Source of the DNA: Azolla caroliniana
Taxonomy: Eukaryota > Plantae > Polypodiophyta
Assembly (NCBI GenBank): GCA_043228905.1
Contig: JBHGNT010000003.1
Span: forward strand, 10,106,001-10,170,000
DNA length: 64,000 nucleotides
Direction of reading: 5' to 3'
Part shown: positions 52,001 to 64,000 of the stretch, piece after piece
Position numbering within the stretch: the first letter of the stretch is position 1
Layout: each line of letters begins with the position of its first letter
Position numbers and translations under genes: made by a program
The notes under the pieces: model-generated
Seen by the model: only the letters and a program-made list of their open reading frames with translations
Told to the model about the DNA's origin: nothing
The model's database searches: none

Positions 52001-54405
52001 AGAAGAAGTAGAGGAAGTTGAAACCGGAACCGGCCAAGACCCCGAATCGGATTCGGATGAAGAACAAATAGAGAAGCCAGTTGCCGAAAGCCAAAGACGG
52101 AGATATCCTCTCAGAGAGAGAAGGGCCCCCTGGAGATTTCTGGATGCAGAGCATGTGTTGCTAACTAATGGGGGGGAGTCGGAAAGCTTCGAAGAAGCGA
52201 AGGATGACACCCATAGCCGCAAGTGGTTGAGTGCCATGCAGGACGAGATGGATTCGCTGCATGAGAACCACACGTATGAATTGGTGGAGTTGCCGAAAGG
52301 AAAGAGGGCACTCCGAAGCAAGTGGGTGTACAAGTTGAAACCGGGAGATGCCGACAACCCTCCAAGGTACAAAGCCAGGATCGTGGTGAAGGGGTTCCAG
52401 CAGAAGAAGGGCGTGGACTTCGACGAGATATTTGCCCCGGTAGTAAAGATGACTTCCATCTGGACGGTGCTGAGCATAGCGGCAAGCATGGACCTCCAGG
52501 TAGAGTAGTTAGACGTGAAGATGGCGTTCCTCCACGGCGACCTCAAAGAGGAGATCTACATGCAGCAACTGGAGGGATTTGTGAAGAAAGGGAAGGAGGA
52601 CTTTGTTTGCCGGTTAAAAAAGAACCTCTATGGGTTGAAGCAGGCTCCCCGGCAATGGTACCGGAAGTTCGACTCCTTCATGACCGATCAAGGGTACCAC
52701 AAGACGTAGGCCGATCACTGCGTATTTGTGAAGAAGTTCGAAGGTGGAGACTTCCTGATACTCCTCTTGTACGTGGACGACATGTTGATCGTCGGACGAG
52801 ACCAAGTCAAGATACGAATGCTGAAGAAGGCCCTGAACCGGACCTTCTCAATGAAAGACTTGGGTCCGGCAAGACAGATGATGGGGATGCATATCATCCG
52901 GGACCAGCCAACGAAGGAATTGTGGCTGTCACAGGAGAAGTACGTGACAAAGGTGCTTCAACGGTTCAACATGTCAGATGCGAAACCGGTCGGATCGACA
53001 CACCCGGCAAACTGCAGGTTATCCGGTAAGCAAAACCCGAAGATGAAGGCAGAGAAGGCGGATATGATGAAGATATCATATGCCTCTGCCATCGGGAGCT
53101 AATGTACGCAATGGTGTGTACCCGACCGGATATCAGATATGCAGTCGGAGTGGTGAGCCGGTTTATGAGCAATCTCGGCAAGGAGCACTAGAATGTGGTA
53201 AAATGGATACTCCGATACTTGAAAGGCACCTCAAGTATGTGTCTCTAATTTGGCTCTGGTAAACCCCAACTTGACGGTTTCACCGATTCGGATATGTCGG
53301 CTGATGTGGATACCAGCTGGTCAACATCCGAATATGTCATGACATATGCGGGGGGAGCTATTTTGTGGCAATCAAGGCTGCAGAAGATGGTTGCGTTGTC
53401 AAGCATGGAAGTGGAGTACATGGTGGTTGTGGAAGCCCGTAAGGAAATACTATGGATGAAGGACTTCATCGAAGAGCTAGGGATCCGGCAAGAGGAATAC
53501 CGACTCTATTGCGACAGTCAAAGTGCCATCCACCTTGCGAAGAACGCAACGTATCATTCTAGGACGAAGCACATCCAGCGGAGGTACCACTGGATTCAGG
53601 AGCGAGTAGAAGACCGAGAGTTCGTGCTGACGAAGATCCACACGGACGAGAACGGGTTGGATATGCTAGACCCATGCCGGAAGCGGATCAGATTGACGAG
53701 GCATCCCATGCCGGAGTGAAGGGGGAGTTTGTTAGGATCTCGGTCCCTCCGGATGGGATACGAAGGCTTGGCATCGGAAGACCCGGTGAGAACCGGATGA
53801 CGAGTACCCGTCAAGGAAGACTCGGTGAGAACCGGATGATGCAGACCCGGTGAGAACCGAATGACGAGTACCCGGCAAGGAAGACCTGGTGAGAACCGGA
53901 TGTTGCAGGCCCAGTGAGAACCTCTCATCGGATGAAGGGACATATATGTAGATATGTTTCTGAGAGCCCATTGGGGCTATATTTGTAAATAGTCCTAATG
54001 TCATATTAGTATAAATGTGACCTAGGGCAAACAATGTTTTCTTTTTCTTATATATAGTTGTTGTTATTATCTTTGTATAGCATTATTGGTGTAACGACTG
54101 TACTGAGAGAGAGAGAGAGAGAGATAGCGATATAGAGCATGTCTCTGTTGTAATCGCCGCCAGGCGAAGATTGTGAGCAAGAGGTGGTTGCCTCTATGCT
54201 CCCTGTTGTACTCCTTGACATAGTGATAGTTTGGAGTCTGTGGACTACCGTGGTTTTTCCCTCTCAGGGTTTTCCATGTTAACATCCTGTGTATTCTCTT
54301 TCTGTTTGTGTACTTACCTCCATTCCCATTTCTTTTGTGTTTGATTGTCATCAAGTGATCTACGCTTCGGTTGTGGCGGGAGATTATTTCGCATATTTCT
54401 CGTCA
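49090..54405 (+). mobile_element. Full-length Copia #5 (same internal family, different LTR subfamily); LTRs 49090-49697 and 53730-54405
   Basis: TSD TTTCC (49085-49089 / 54406-54410); PBS TGGTATCAGAGC at 49701; PPT before 53730. Confidence 0.96.
49729..53719 (+). pseudogene. Disrupted Copia gag-pol
   Basis: Long ORFs 49663-50913 and 50910-52508, then fragments. Confidence 0.93.
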
Positions 54406-54410
54406 TTTCC

Positions 54411-56460
54411 TGCATAGGGACACAGACTTTGTTGTGGCCTCGTTGGAAGCTGATACAATTATGCAAACAATTCTGTTTGATGTTGGCAGAGCGTAACCAT
54501 GGTCTGCCCAACAGAATTGGATACGCCCCCGGAGCATCTAATGCGAGTACCACCGTAGAGATGTCGAAGTGATGGCCTCTAACAACAATTCCTAATTTCT
54601 GAATTAACCCAAGGGGCCTGATGGAACGAGTGTCCGCCATACAGAGCCAAAAAGGGCATGCTTCCCAATATGTAATGCCCAACCGAGTACACGTGTTTGT
54701 ACTAATGACATTTATGTCGGTCCCCCCATCGACAATGCATCCCGGTATTTCTTAGCCCTTTAACACTAATTTAATGGCCGAGTTGTGGTGATCTACTACT
54801 ACCGGGTCGGTACTAGACTCCGCGAAATTGGTCGAGACATCTAATCCGGCTGTGCCTCGTAAACGATTCTCCACTTCTTGTCGGAATTGTGGAACCAAAC
54901 GAAGGAGTTTATTCATGGGCATCGTTATTTGAAAGTATGCCAAAGCTTGCCATATGGGGTCTGGTGCTAATGTGCTGTCGTTGGTCTGTAAGTGGGCATT
55001 CGTTGATTCTTGTTTCATACGCTCCACATTCACCGCATTTGCTTTTTCCACCCAGGCCTGGGCTTCTTTGCGTATCTCACCTTGTTCTGCCCATTCTGTG
55101 TTTTTCGCCTGTTGCCATGTTGTGATCTGTTGGATTTCTGTCGTGATTGTATTGATGGTTGGTTCCTTACCTTTGCGACGCTAACACTGTGTCGCGTAAT
55201 GCCCAGGCTGTTGGCACACAAAAGAATGTACGCTTGACTCGCCTCTCTCTACAATCGGTGGTGTATTGGTTTCTATTGGTACGACTTGCTCTTCTCGAGG
55301 TTGTTGAATTTGCTTGTTGTTCCAGGGTTGTTGACGATATTCTCGGCACGACGTTGGGCATTGTTCATCTTCAGAACTCTCCTCATAACGGCGTTGGTCC
55401 TTAGGCAGACGATTGTTACCGTTTGGACGAGATCCGTTGAATCCTTCGCAATTGTTGGTGGGCCGTCGATTGTTGTAACGATGCCACTCCCGATTGTAAC
55501 GGTTGGTATTTTGGTACTCTTCCTCTTCCTGCCCTTCTTCGTCGGAATACAGGTTGTTACAGTGGTGATTGTATTGGTGCTCCGTTCTTGGATTTCGGTC
55601 CGTATATCAGGGACGCTCCTCATGCCGACCTTGGTCATTCTTGCGAAATTGTCACCGTGGCTCCATACGACGTACTACCGGTGTGGGCTTATTCAGTATA
55701 TTGTACTCACATTGCTTCACTGTGTGTGGCCGTGAATGGAAAATGGGGCAATGTATTCTCATATGACATTCTACCGTGGAATGCCCCGAGTTTAAATAGA
55801 TTGTGCACTAAATGGTTGTTCCCCGTCTTGGGGCAACGCCTGCCGTAGCGATGCTATGGATAGTCCTTCATCTTCCTCCTCTAACTCAAGCTGTAATGCT
55901 CGCTTGATGACCATATCCGACGTCTCCCCTTTCACATTGTGCGTGTTCAGCATGGTCCAGATAGGCCGTCTTAGGGCTTCCAAAAACATTTCCTTGGCCT
56001 CTTTTTCTATTGGAGCTCGTGTAAGGTTCCGTCGTAGACTATGGAAATGTAAGCTGAAATCCGCTACGGATTCTGCGGGAAGTTGCTTGATGGTATAGAA
56101 TTGCCCGATTATTTTACGTTGTGGCACTGTCCGATGAAAAAAACGCAAGAACGCCGATTGCAATTGGTCAAAGGTTGTGATTGCTGCCAAATCCATTTGG
56201 GAATGCTAGCACGCAGCCCGACCATCCAAAGTTAACCCGAACTCGGCAATCTTCGAATTGTGAGCTTCCACGTATGGAAACCACTGCACGATGTGATTAG
56301 CATTCCAGACATTGAGGAACGACCGTATGTGGCTCGCAGCATCGGTTTCTCCGTTAAAGAGGGGGTATGAGAAAGCCATTCCGATCACGATGGTGACGGT
56401 CGACCAACGAAGGTTACTAACCCCGCGGTGTGGGCTACTGTGGCGTTTGTTCACACTACT
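54411..56460 (-). pseudogene. Gypsy gag and protease, disrupted
   Basis: FSYPLFNGETDAASHI, FDQLQSAFL gag motifs; FVCQQPGHYATQC knuckle; IVDGG and ILLGRPWL protease motifs. Confidence 0.85.
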
Positions 56461-56925
56461 TTGGTCGTGTGGCGATAAGACTTCTTGATCGAAGCCGCTC
56501 TATTCAGTGATCATGGACTCTACCATGTACTCTTCAAAAGAGGAGATGTGGTCGCTGAGGCGGGGTTTCCGTGTAGCGCGTTCTTCTGTATGTTTGGTGA
56601 TGGATCTAGTTAGTGGTTGATCTTGTCACATAGGTTCTCTGATACGTCGGCGGCTAGACATCCATTCCTTGCTTGCTCGACTGCGAGGATTCACGTCCCA
56701 TTGGGCGTGCCAAAAGTGTTACCTATTAGGAACACGTGCCACCCTTAGTCCTTCGAGGTAGCTTACAAGTTGATCGTGGTGCAAGGAAATAGAGATGCGT
56801 AGTGTGGGATTGGTAGGGCGTAAGGAGGAGATGGCTACAACCTAGCCTCCTTGGGGCGTAGCACCCAACACATACTTACCATGGGTTTACTGTAACACTA
56901 TCTTGTACAGAGACGAGACACGGAA

Positions 56926-58590
56926 TGTTACGGGCATGACCATATAATATCCCGCGGTGAGAATTTACCGTAGTATTCTATACACGTGGATAAGTGTGAC
57001 GGTTAAACGAGAGTGTAAAGAAGGGGAGGATTACTTTTAATCGTCGGGATTGAGACAACCCATTAGGCCAAGTGTGAACTTGTTGTCTGGGGGCCTTGGG
57101 TATCGCTATAAATAAGAGGCCTAGCTACCCTCATTTTATCATCTTTTAACTACGTTGAGACTCTGTTTCGTGGTAGTTGAACTCTTGTAGCGAGCGCGCC
57201 AACACCAGGTACAACTCGATGCCACGGTGGACATATATTTAATATGTGATTAGTGTTGTATGCGTACGAGGTTAATACCTCAATTACGTATTACACTCAC
57301 AAACATATGTTACGTTTGTGTATGAGGTCATTACCTTGATTTGTATGTAAATGATATGTGTTTGGTGTCGTATGCGTATGAGGTCAATACCTCAATTGCG
57401 TATTACGATTAACCCTTATTTTTAGATGTTTCGTGTGCGTAGAGGGTATATGCCTCGATTACGCATCTCGCTTACATCATTTTTGGCTATTTTATATTAC
57501 GATTTCTTTTATATATGCATATGTGGTGATGTGTATATGTATTTGATCATATATATGTGATAGTATACATATGTGTATATAAATTATTACATGATTTCAA
57601 TATCGAATGTTTTCCTTTTCGGGGAAAGGATCTTGGTGGCCACCCTCACATTTTGGTTAGAATGGCGTTGTCACCATCCCTTTTTCAACAAATTTTTATT
57701 GTTGACATCCCCGTTGGTGACTTCGATTTCGTTACGTAATGAAATAATCTTAGCCACAATGGTGTTGAGAACGTAGGGCTTGACCCACTTGATGTGAGGT
57801 CGCTCTTATGACACACATATCCAACATCCCTCCCTCATTACGTGGATACGATGCCACCATGAGATCATTCTTACGAAAGGCATTTGTAATGACGTAACCA
57901 TGTGATGGGCCACGTGGGCCTACTACAAAAAGAGGGCTCATTTGGCTTGACCATTAGGTTGCAGTTTGGTGTATGCCATCGTAATTACGAGACTTGAGGT
58001 TAGGTAACGTACCAACAAAGTTTGTGGTAAATGAGGGGGAAATAAGGACTCTTGACATATATGTTTCTTTTAAAAAAACATATATAGGCAAATGCCTCAC
58101 ATATCTTTTATACGCATTAAATATTAAACATTCGAGAAGAGTAACCTACTTGGTTGGCTCAAGTGTTTAATGTATTTGTTCTCGAGGTCTGGAGTTCAAA
58201 TATGACCAAGACCATACTACATCGTTGATGCATATGACTATAACACATGTTTAGACTTGAGGTCTAAGTGCACTTTGGGGTCCTCGTAATAGGAGTTAAA
58301 GAGCCGAAACCACATATGTGGGCACCGAAACATAGTTTATTGTTAACATTTTTTTCGGGTATAAACTATTCATGACGCAAACATACATGGTTGAGCCTCG
58401 TGGAGCCACCATGAAAAATCGATATAGAGATAAGGGAAAGACATTAATTTGTCACCCCCATGGTTTTTAAAACATCTTTGTGTTACCATAATAACCTGAT
58501 CTTCAACCTCATCTCATACGTCTAGAGGGGTATTGACGTGAGATCATGATATCGATTAATGTTTGCCCATGATATGTTTACATCACGACA
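56926..58590 (+). mobile_element. Large solo-LTR-like element (same family as 28704-30722) truncating the Gypsy 5' LTR
   Basis: TGTTACG...CACGACA termini; GCTATAAAT at ~57105; internal GAGGTCAATACCTCAATT repeats. Confidence 0.75.
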
Positions 58591-58595
58591 TGATT

Positions 58596-58606
58596 GTGTA
58601 TGTATG

Positions 58607-58637
<31 letters not shown>

Positions 58638-58642
58638 ATGTA
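58596..58642. repeat. (TA)n/(TATG)n microsatellite
   Basis: Directly visible. Confidence 0.85.
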
Positions 58643-59251
58643 TGCGGAAAGCATTTGTGGACCTGTTCGCTTATGCACAGAAAACAACACACAGAAAATA
58701 CAGTGAATCGAGACTTAGACAATAGATCGAGCTTTAATGGAAAGCTTCTCATTACTTTGTTCTCTCTCAGATATACAATACTCTTCTCGTCATCCCTCAT
58801 TACAATGTTAGGTATTCGCTTATATATTAAGCCCTAACTTATTAATGAGCTCACATTCGGACAGATACAATTTGGAAGGAGTTGGCCTTTTATGCCAACA
58901 AACTCCCTCGTAAAAGGACTACTCTTTCTTGCATGTACAAGTGCTTGGGGTTATATCCCCCGTAAACCTATATTACAAATTTAACTAGATTTTATGTTAC
59001 AAGTCTATCGGCAAGTAGCCGAGTCGGCAGAGGTATAGTATGAGTGTCGGTCAGCTCCTACCTTCTGCTCCTCGTTCGGCTTTTTTCTACTCGATCGCTT
59101 GTCGTAGCCCCATCTTCGTCCTTAGTGTTCTGAAGTGTTGATCTAGGAGTGGCTACGTCAGGAAATTGACGATGTTCACCTCAGTGTCAATCTTCTGGAC
59201 TTCGGGTTTCTTTTCATTTACGAGCTCCGGGATATGATGACACTGCACCTC
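58640..59251 (-). mobile_element. Copia 3' LTR fragment (to 58900) with PPT and adjacent 3' internal sequence
   Basis: Similar to the 17551-17750 / 22582-22668 LTR; AACTCCCTCG after ...CCAACA is the rc of a PPT. Confidence 0.6.
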
Positions 59252-59900
59252 TGTTAATCCTTAGGGCCGGACTATGGCCTAACACAGGGTGTCTCCGGAA
59301 GACACTTCACCAAAAGGGTGTTACGGCGAGATAACTTAAGACACAACGATTAATCCGACTTAATAGGCTACTTAGCAATAAGGCATTCACTTAATACACG
59401 CGTAAGATATAACAATTAATACAGAACGGTAATCAATACGAGAAGATAAAACAAGAAGCTTATATTAATTCTCCGTTAGAGTTTTTCATTGTAACCGAGC
59501 CTTTATATAGGTCACCGGTGCTGTGTACAAAACGGTGCCACCCAGCACCTGTTCGGAACCGGTCCGGATCCGGATCGGCATACCGATTCCGGTCCTTCCG
59601 TTCACTACATAATTATAATCTACTCTACTTAATTAAAATATATTCCGAATAACCATCCCTTTCACATTCTGGTCTTTAACTCCTTTGTCGGCCGGGTAAC
59701 ACATGGCACGCCCGTGGGACATCACCTTGTACGTCGAATCCCACTATCCGGCCCTTAGCCTTCATCCAAGATATCCAGAATACTCTGCTCCAGGGTATCC
59801 AATGGTTGTTCGGAACTCTGTTGTTGTTGTTGTTGTTGTTGTTGCTGCGGCTGCGGTTGCTGTTGTGGCTCCGGCTCCTCCGATTGTTGCTCCTTAGATG
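59252..59900 (-). mobile_element. 3' LTR (59252-59701) plus ~200 bp of internal sequence from the Gypsy family seen at 1-802; inverted PBS at 59704-59720; (GTT)n tract
   Basis: LTR homology with 377-802; TGGCACGCCCGTGGGAC lies 2 nt from the LTR end. Confidence 0.8.
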
Positions 59901-60146
59901 GCATCTAAAATAATGAGAAAGAGACAAAAAATATATTACTATCTTCAAATATCAAATATGACCTATGAGACAAAAAAATTACATTTCACGCAATACATGT
60001 AAAAGTGAGTATCCACCCTCAAAATTTAAGAACTTTACCAATTAATATGGTAATTGAGAATGCACATATTGGCTATTTGCCCGAACAATTTGAACTAGAA
60101 ATAACGCATGGTACAGTTGAAGTTAGCAATGATACAAGATTCACCC

Positions 60147-60218
60147 ATGGCCTGTGGGACTTGAACCTAGAATTCCTTGATTGGAAGTCAAGTACCTTAT
60201 CCATTAGGCCACGACCGT
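60147..60218 (-). pseudogene. tRNA pseudogene, tRNA-Arg(UCU)-like body with a TCC anticodon
   Basis: rc reads ...TGGCCTAATGGATAAGG TACTTGACTTCCAATCAAG GAATTCTAGGTTCAAGTCCCAC...; A and B boxes and anticodon stem present; acceptor and T stems mismatched. Confidence 0.7.
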
Positions 60219-61596
60219 AAGAAACAATTAAATAAAGAATATTAGAAAGCTTTTCTTATTATCTTTGAATGCCAAATATGACCTGCGACACCAAAAATGT
60301 TACGTTTCACGCAATACATGTGAAAGTGACGATCAACTCTCAATGTTTAAGAAGTTTACTAATGGATGTTGCAATCAAGAGTGCAGTGTGTGGGAAATTT
60401 CGTGCAAGTTAGAAATAACACATGGTATTGTTGAAGTCAAGTGCCTTATCCATTTGGCCACGGTCACCACTTCAACTAAAATGAGTGTTGGATCTTTTTT
60501 TTTGGGACGCACATTATCTTAATATCCTTCTATGGATGCCTTATTTTGGCCAAATATACACCTTTGTATTTGTTTTTACCACATTTTATCAACCTCATCT
60601 TTCGTGCATTGTAAATCATTTTTCCTCCTCTTTCCTTGTAGTTTGTGTCGTGAGCTCTTATTTTTTGACCTAAGCTTTATTTTTGTTTTGATCTTCTTCT
60701 TCGTCTTATATTTTTACTAATGATTACTTTGACCCAAGTCTAGACCAATTGTGAAAGTTCTTTTGCCCTTTTACATATGCCACATCACGACTCCAAATTT
60801 TACAATGACAAGATTGTCAAATGTTTGCACACAAGCATAGATTGACACATGTGTGACATTCGTGATATTCTGAATGCGTGATATTAGCAATATTCGAGAA
60901 TATGATATGGCCCCAAGAATATATTATAAAACCATTCTTTTGTAAAATAAATATAATAAAGAATAATTAATTAGAAAAAAACAAAAAAGTTAAATTAATT
61001 TAGAAAAGAACAATTATTCATTAATAGATTATAAAAATATGATTCATTCAAGTCTCCTTTCTAGTGTCCAATAAAAAAGGATGGAGTTTATGAACCTTTA
61101 TTTTATTTATTTCAATAAAAATATCCACAAATTTTGAGAGAGTAAAAAGTGGGGAATTAATGAACTTTTATTTTATTTTATTTATTAAAACTAAAACGAA
61201 TACTTTTTTACATCTATTATAAAATTATCAAGTCCCCTTTTTATAAAATCTAAGAAACTAAAAGGAGGAGTTTATGAACTCTTGCTTCTTCTTTTTTCTT
61301 TTATTTTTACGAACAACAAGCATTTTCCGAGCTTCTTGCATAAGAAATATTATGATTGAGAAGGGAAATGAGAAGGTTGGAGACAGTAAGAACTATGGCA
61401 TTCATGCCCTATCCAAAGCGTCATGGATGTTTTGTGCAAAGAAGATATTTCAAATGGTGATTGATGAAATTGGTAAAGCGGAGAAGATTAAAGGAATAGA
61501 AAACAAAGAGGGTGTAACATGTACTTTGGCATAAAAGCCATAACTGAAGAGGGTTAAATATATGAAGGATAGAACCAAGGGGAGTAGAGAGGGATA

Positions 61597-62264
61597 TGTT
61601 AGGAATATGTCCCTCCAGTGGGAGGAGCCAACTACTCAGAGAGAGCCGACAGTTGAAGCAAGGCGTAGGAGACTGATCGGATGAGAGCCGACGGTTGAGG
61701 AGTCCACTCAGAGAGAGTTGATTGAGGTCGAAGACATGACCAACTAGTCGGGCCGACCGGATGGTCGATAACCAGGCCGACTAGTCGGACCGACCCAACA
61801 GTCGACGAATGAGTTGGTTGATTAGTAAGACTACTACTATTATTATTGGATAATAATAATCGCCATGATTGGAAATAGCCCATTATGTGTATTAGTATAA
61901 ATACACCTACAGAAAACAGAACATGTACATATATATAGATAGGCGTGCGTGTGTGAGCCTCTAGTGTGCAGCGTGAGAGAGAAGGGAAAAGAGGGTGAGC
62001 GAGCGTGAGTGAGTTAGCGGCATCATAGTTGTAACCAGAACAACATACACTAAGAGGCCTTCGAGGTTGTTCACTCTGTGTAGAGAGAGTGTTGTACTCT
62101 AATCTCATTGTTGTATATCCACTATATAGTGAAGCTCCGTTCTCCGTGGTTTTCACCCGCTTTAGGGTTTCCACGTTAAATCTGTGTCCACTGTTTTTTG
62201 TGCATCACAGTTGTGTACTTCAACATATTCCTCTTCTAGTGGATTGATGATTCCTTTCCCAACA
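61597..62264 (+). mobile_element. Solo LTR (Copia/Tork-related)
   Basis: TGTT...AACA termini, TSD GGATA (61592-61596 / 62265-62269); ATTAGTATAAAT and CCGTGGTTTT motifs shared with the Copia LTRs. Confidence 0.9.
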
Positions 62265-64000
62265 GGATACTCAATAATATCCTCACCAATGTAGGACTAC
62301 CAAGGGTCGTTTGTATTGTTATGTTGTTTTGTTTATATATATAATATTTTTATACATGAAAATACAAAGATTGTATACATTTTTCAGTGATATTTTGATT
62401 GATCATCATGAAATAATCATGAAGCTAATTTAAGAAAGATAGTTCTAATATTGTCCTTCATATGAGGAGGATGTTCTATACCTTCCTTACTTTATTGCTA
62501 TGATAATAAGATTGCATATATAAAATGATATGGCATCTCTTCATTGTCAACAAGGATCCATGGGAAATTATCATACAAAAAAGTGTAGCATATATTCAAC
62601 ATTATTTGGATAAAGTTGCATGTGTCGTGTTTAACACTTAAATTCATTAATATTCTATTGTTTAAAGCCAAACAAACATGTGGCGAAAAGTTTAATATTT
62701 ATTACAAAAATGTGTCTTTACTCACCACATTATTGTAACTATATAGATCGTAAGAGCAAGGAAAGAGAGTTTGAGAGCCTAAATGTGTCCTCAACAATCT
62801 TTTCAATCATTTGACATATAGAAAAATCACCTTTTGCATTTGAAATATATGTTTTAGAATGACGTTGTAGATGAACAATGCGGTGCATATGAATGGAAAA
62901 GAGTGTATATTATTGCATTGTCCTCCCATTGTTTTCAATAGAAACATACCCGTAAAAGTGATGCATTGTCATATCTTATGAAACACCTTTGAACTATAAA
63001 AGTTTCTCTAATGTAACTTGTTTAAAATCTCTACCTTGGTATTGTATCCTTTGTAAGATAAAGGTATAATATGAAACCATTCATGGAATCTTTATAGTTA
63101 TTTTGGATATGTGTCACATATCATGATGTTTTGGAAGTTGTGGTCTTTGCATTTACACCACTTTAGAGTTGAATGGAATCGTGGAATAAGAAACAAAGTT
63201 TTTCTAACTTCAAAAGAAACACAAAGTTTAGCTTTACAATCTGGACATGCAACTTTTTCTTTGCAATTGAAACGAGATTTATAATAAAGTAATGAGACGT
63301 TATCAAAAGTCATCCATGAGAACATGGAGTAATTCTTTAGCATTGCAAACACTCCCCCACTTTAGAGTGTTGAAGAACTTAGAACCCAAAGAAATGATAT
63401 CAATAATTTTTTTAGTCAAAGTTTGACAATGAATGCATTTTGACAAAATGGTTTGTTCGTGTTCCTTTTATCATTCTTATATATGTCTGCGAGTATGCAT
63501 AGTAGTTTGAGGTCTTTGGCAAAGTAGAGTTCAAATGTCAAGAACAATGGTGCAATGGGAACATTTGTCACCATATTTGAGTAGTCACAACAATGTTTGT
63601 GTAGTTCAAATTGTTACCTATGAAATTTGAATATACATGGTATTCACAATCATTATGTACATGGTACCCTAGAAACTTAAGAGGCCATATCAAATTATTA
63701 TTTTCATGATAATGCGAATGTGCTCCATCAAAAATGTACATTGAATTAAGGTTTCCATTTTACAATAGAGTACAAGTCAATAGAGCAATAATGCATGTAA
63801 ATACCTTCACAACGTTGTAGTTGCATTTTGTTGAACTACCATATACATTGATTGACGGGTACAATGCACTACATTCCAGAAATTTCCACATTAAACACAT
63901 GAATTTTAAAACAATAACTAACAAGAAAAACCAAGAAAATGAGAGTATGTCCATTACTTATTGACTTACTCAAATGGAAATTTGCAAGAGCCATAGCCTG

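Larger units (their letters stand above)
37373..56925 (-). mobile_element. Non-chromovirus (Tat/Athila/Phygy-like) Gypsy element with a 3' extra ORF; 3' LTR 37373-37795, 5' LTR remnant 56717-56925; hosts two Copia insertions
   Basis: LTR homology between 37373 and 56717; PBS TGGCACGCCCAATGGGAC at ~56695-56712 (minus). Gag 56450-55790, knuckles ~55700-55200, PR IVDGGTDINV ~54740, RT 48598-48123, RT/RH 42543-41800, INT 41780-41050. Confidence 0.9.

Noticed and set aside
28704-58590. Inverted pair of large LTR-like repeats as the ends of a giant TIR element or an inversion
   Set aside because: Flanks (CATCA/AGACT and CGGAA/TGATT) give no matching or swapped TSDs; two independent insertions is simpler.
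61040-61300. Three degenerate GGAGTTT(T)ATGAAC repeats in AT-rich DNA
   Set aside because: Possible subterminal repeats of a DNA transposon, but no TIR or TSD could be identified.
63098-63352. Minus-strand ORF with CPDC...CKC
   Set aside because: Short, AT-rich, non-ATG start; possibly a decayed DNA-transposon fragment, evidence insufficient.

Overview
Land-plant nuclear DNA (the retroelement repertoire suggests a bryophyte or other non-seed plant; this is inference). About 80% of the window is nested, mostly stop-codon-disrupted LTR retrotransposons. These are at least five copies of one Tnt1/Tork-like Copia family, a fungal-like Gypsy with a likely -1 frameshift after the protease, its non-autonomous relative, an Arg-tRNA-primed non-chromovirus Gypsy (37.4-56.9 kb) with a 3' extra ORF, a deleted Gypsy derivative and several solo LTRs. 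One intact single-exon host gene (DUF740/OCTOPUS-like, 34554-35405) lies in an AT-rich island. The most unusual signal: in two related Gypsy families with diverged LTRs, the polypurine tract before the 3' LTR is absent and replaced by an inverted tRNA-Arg primer-binding site (37799-37815; 59704-59720). This suggests tRNA priming of both cDNA strands.
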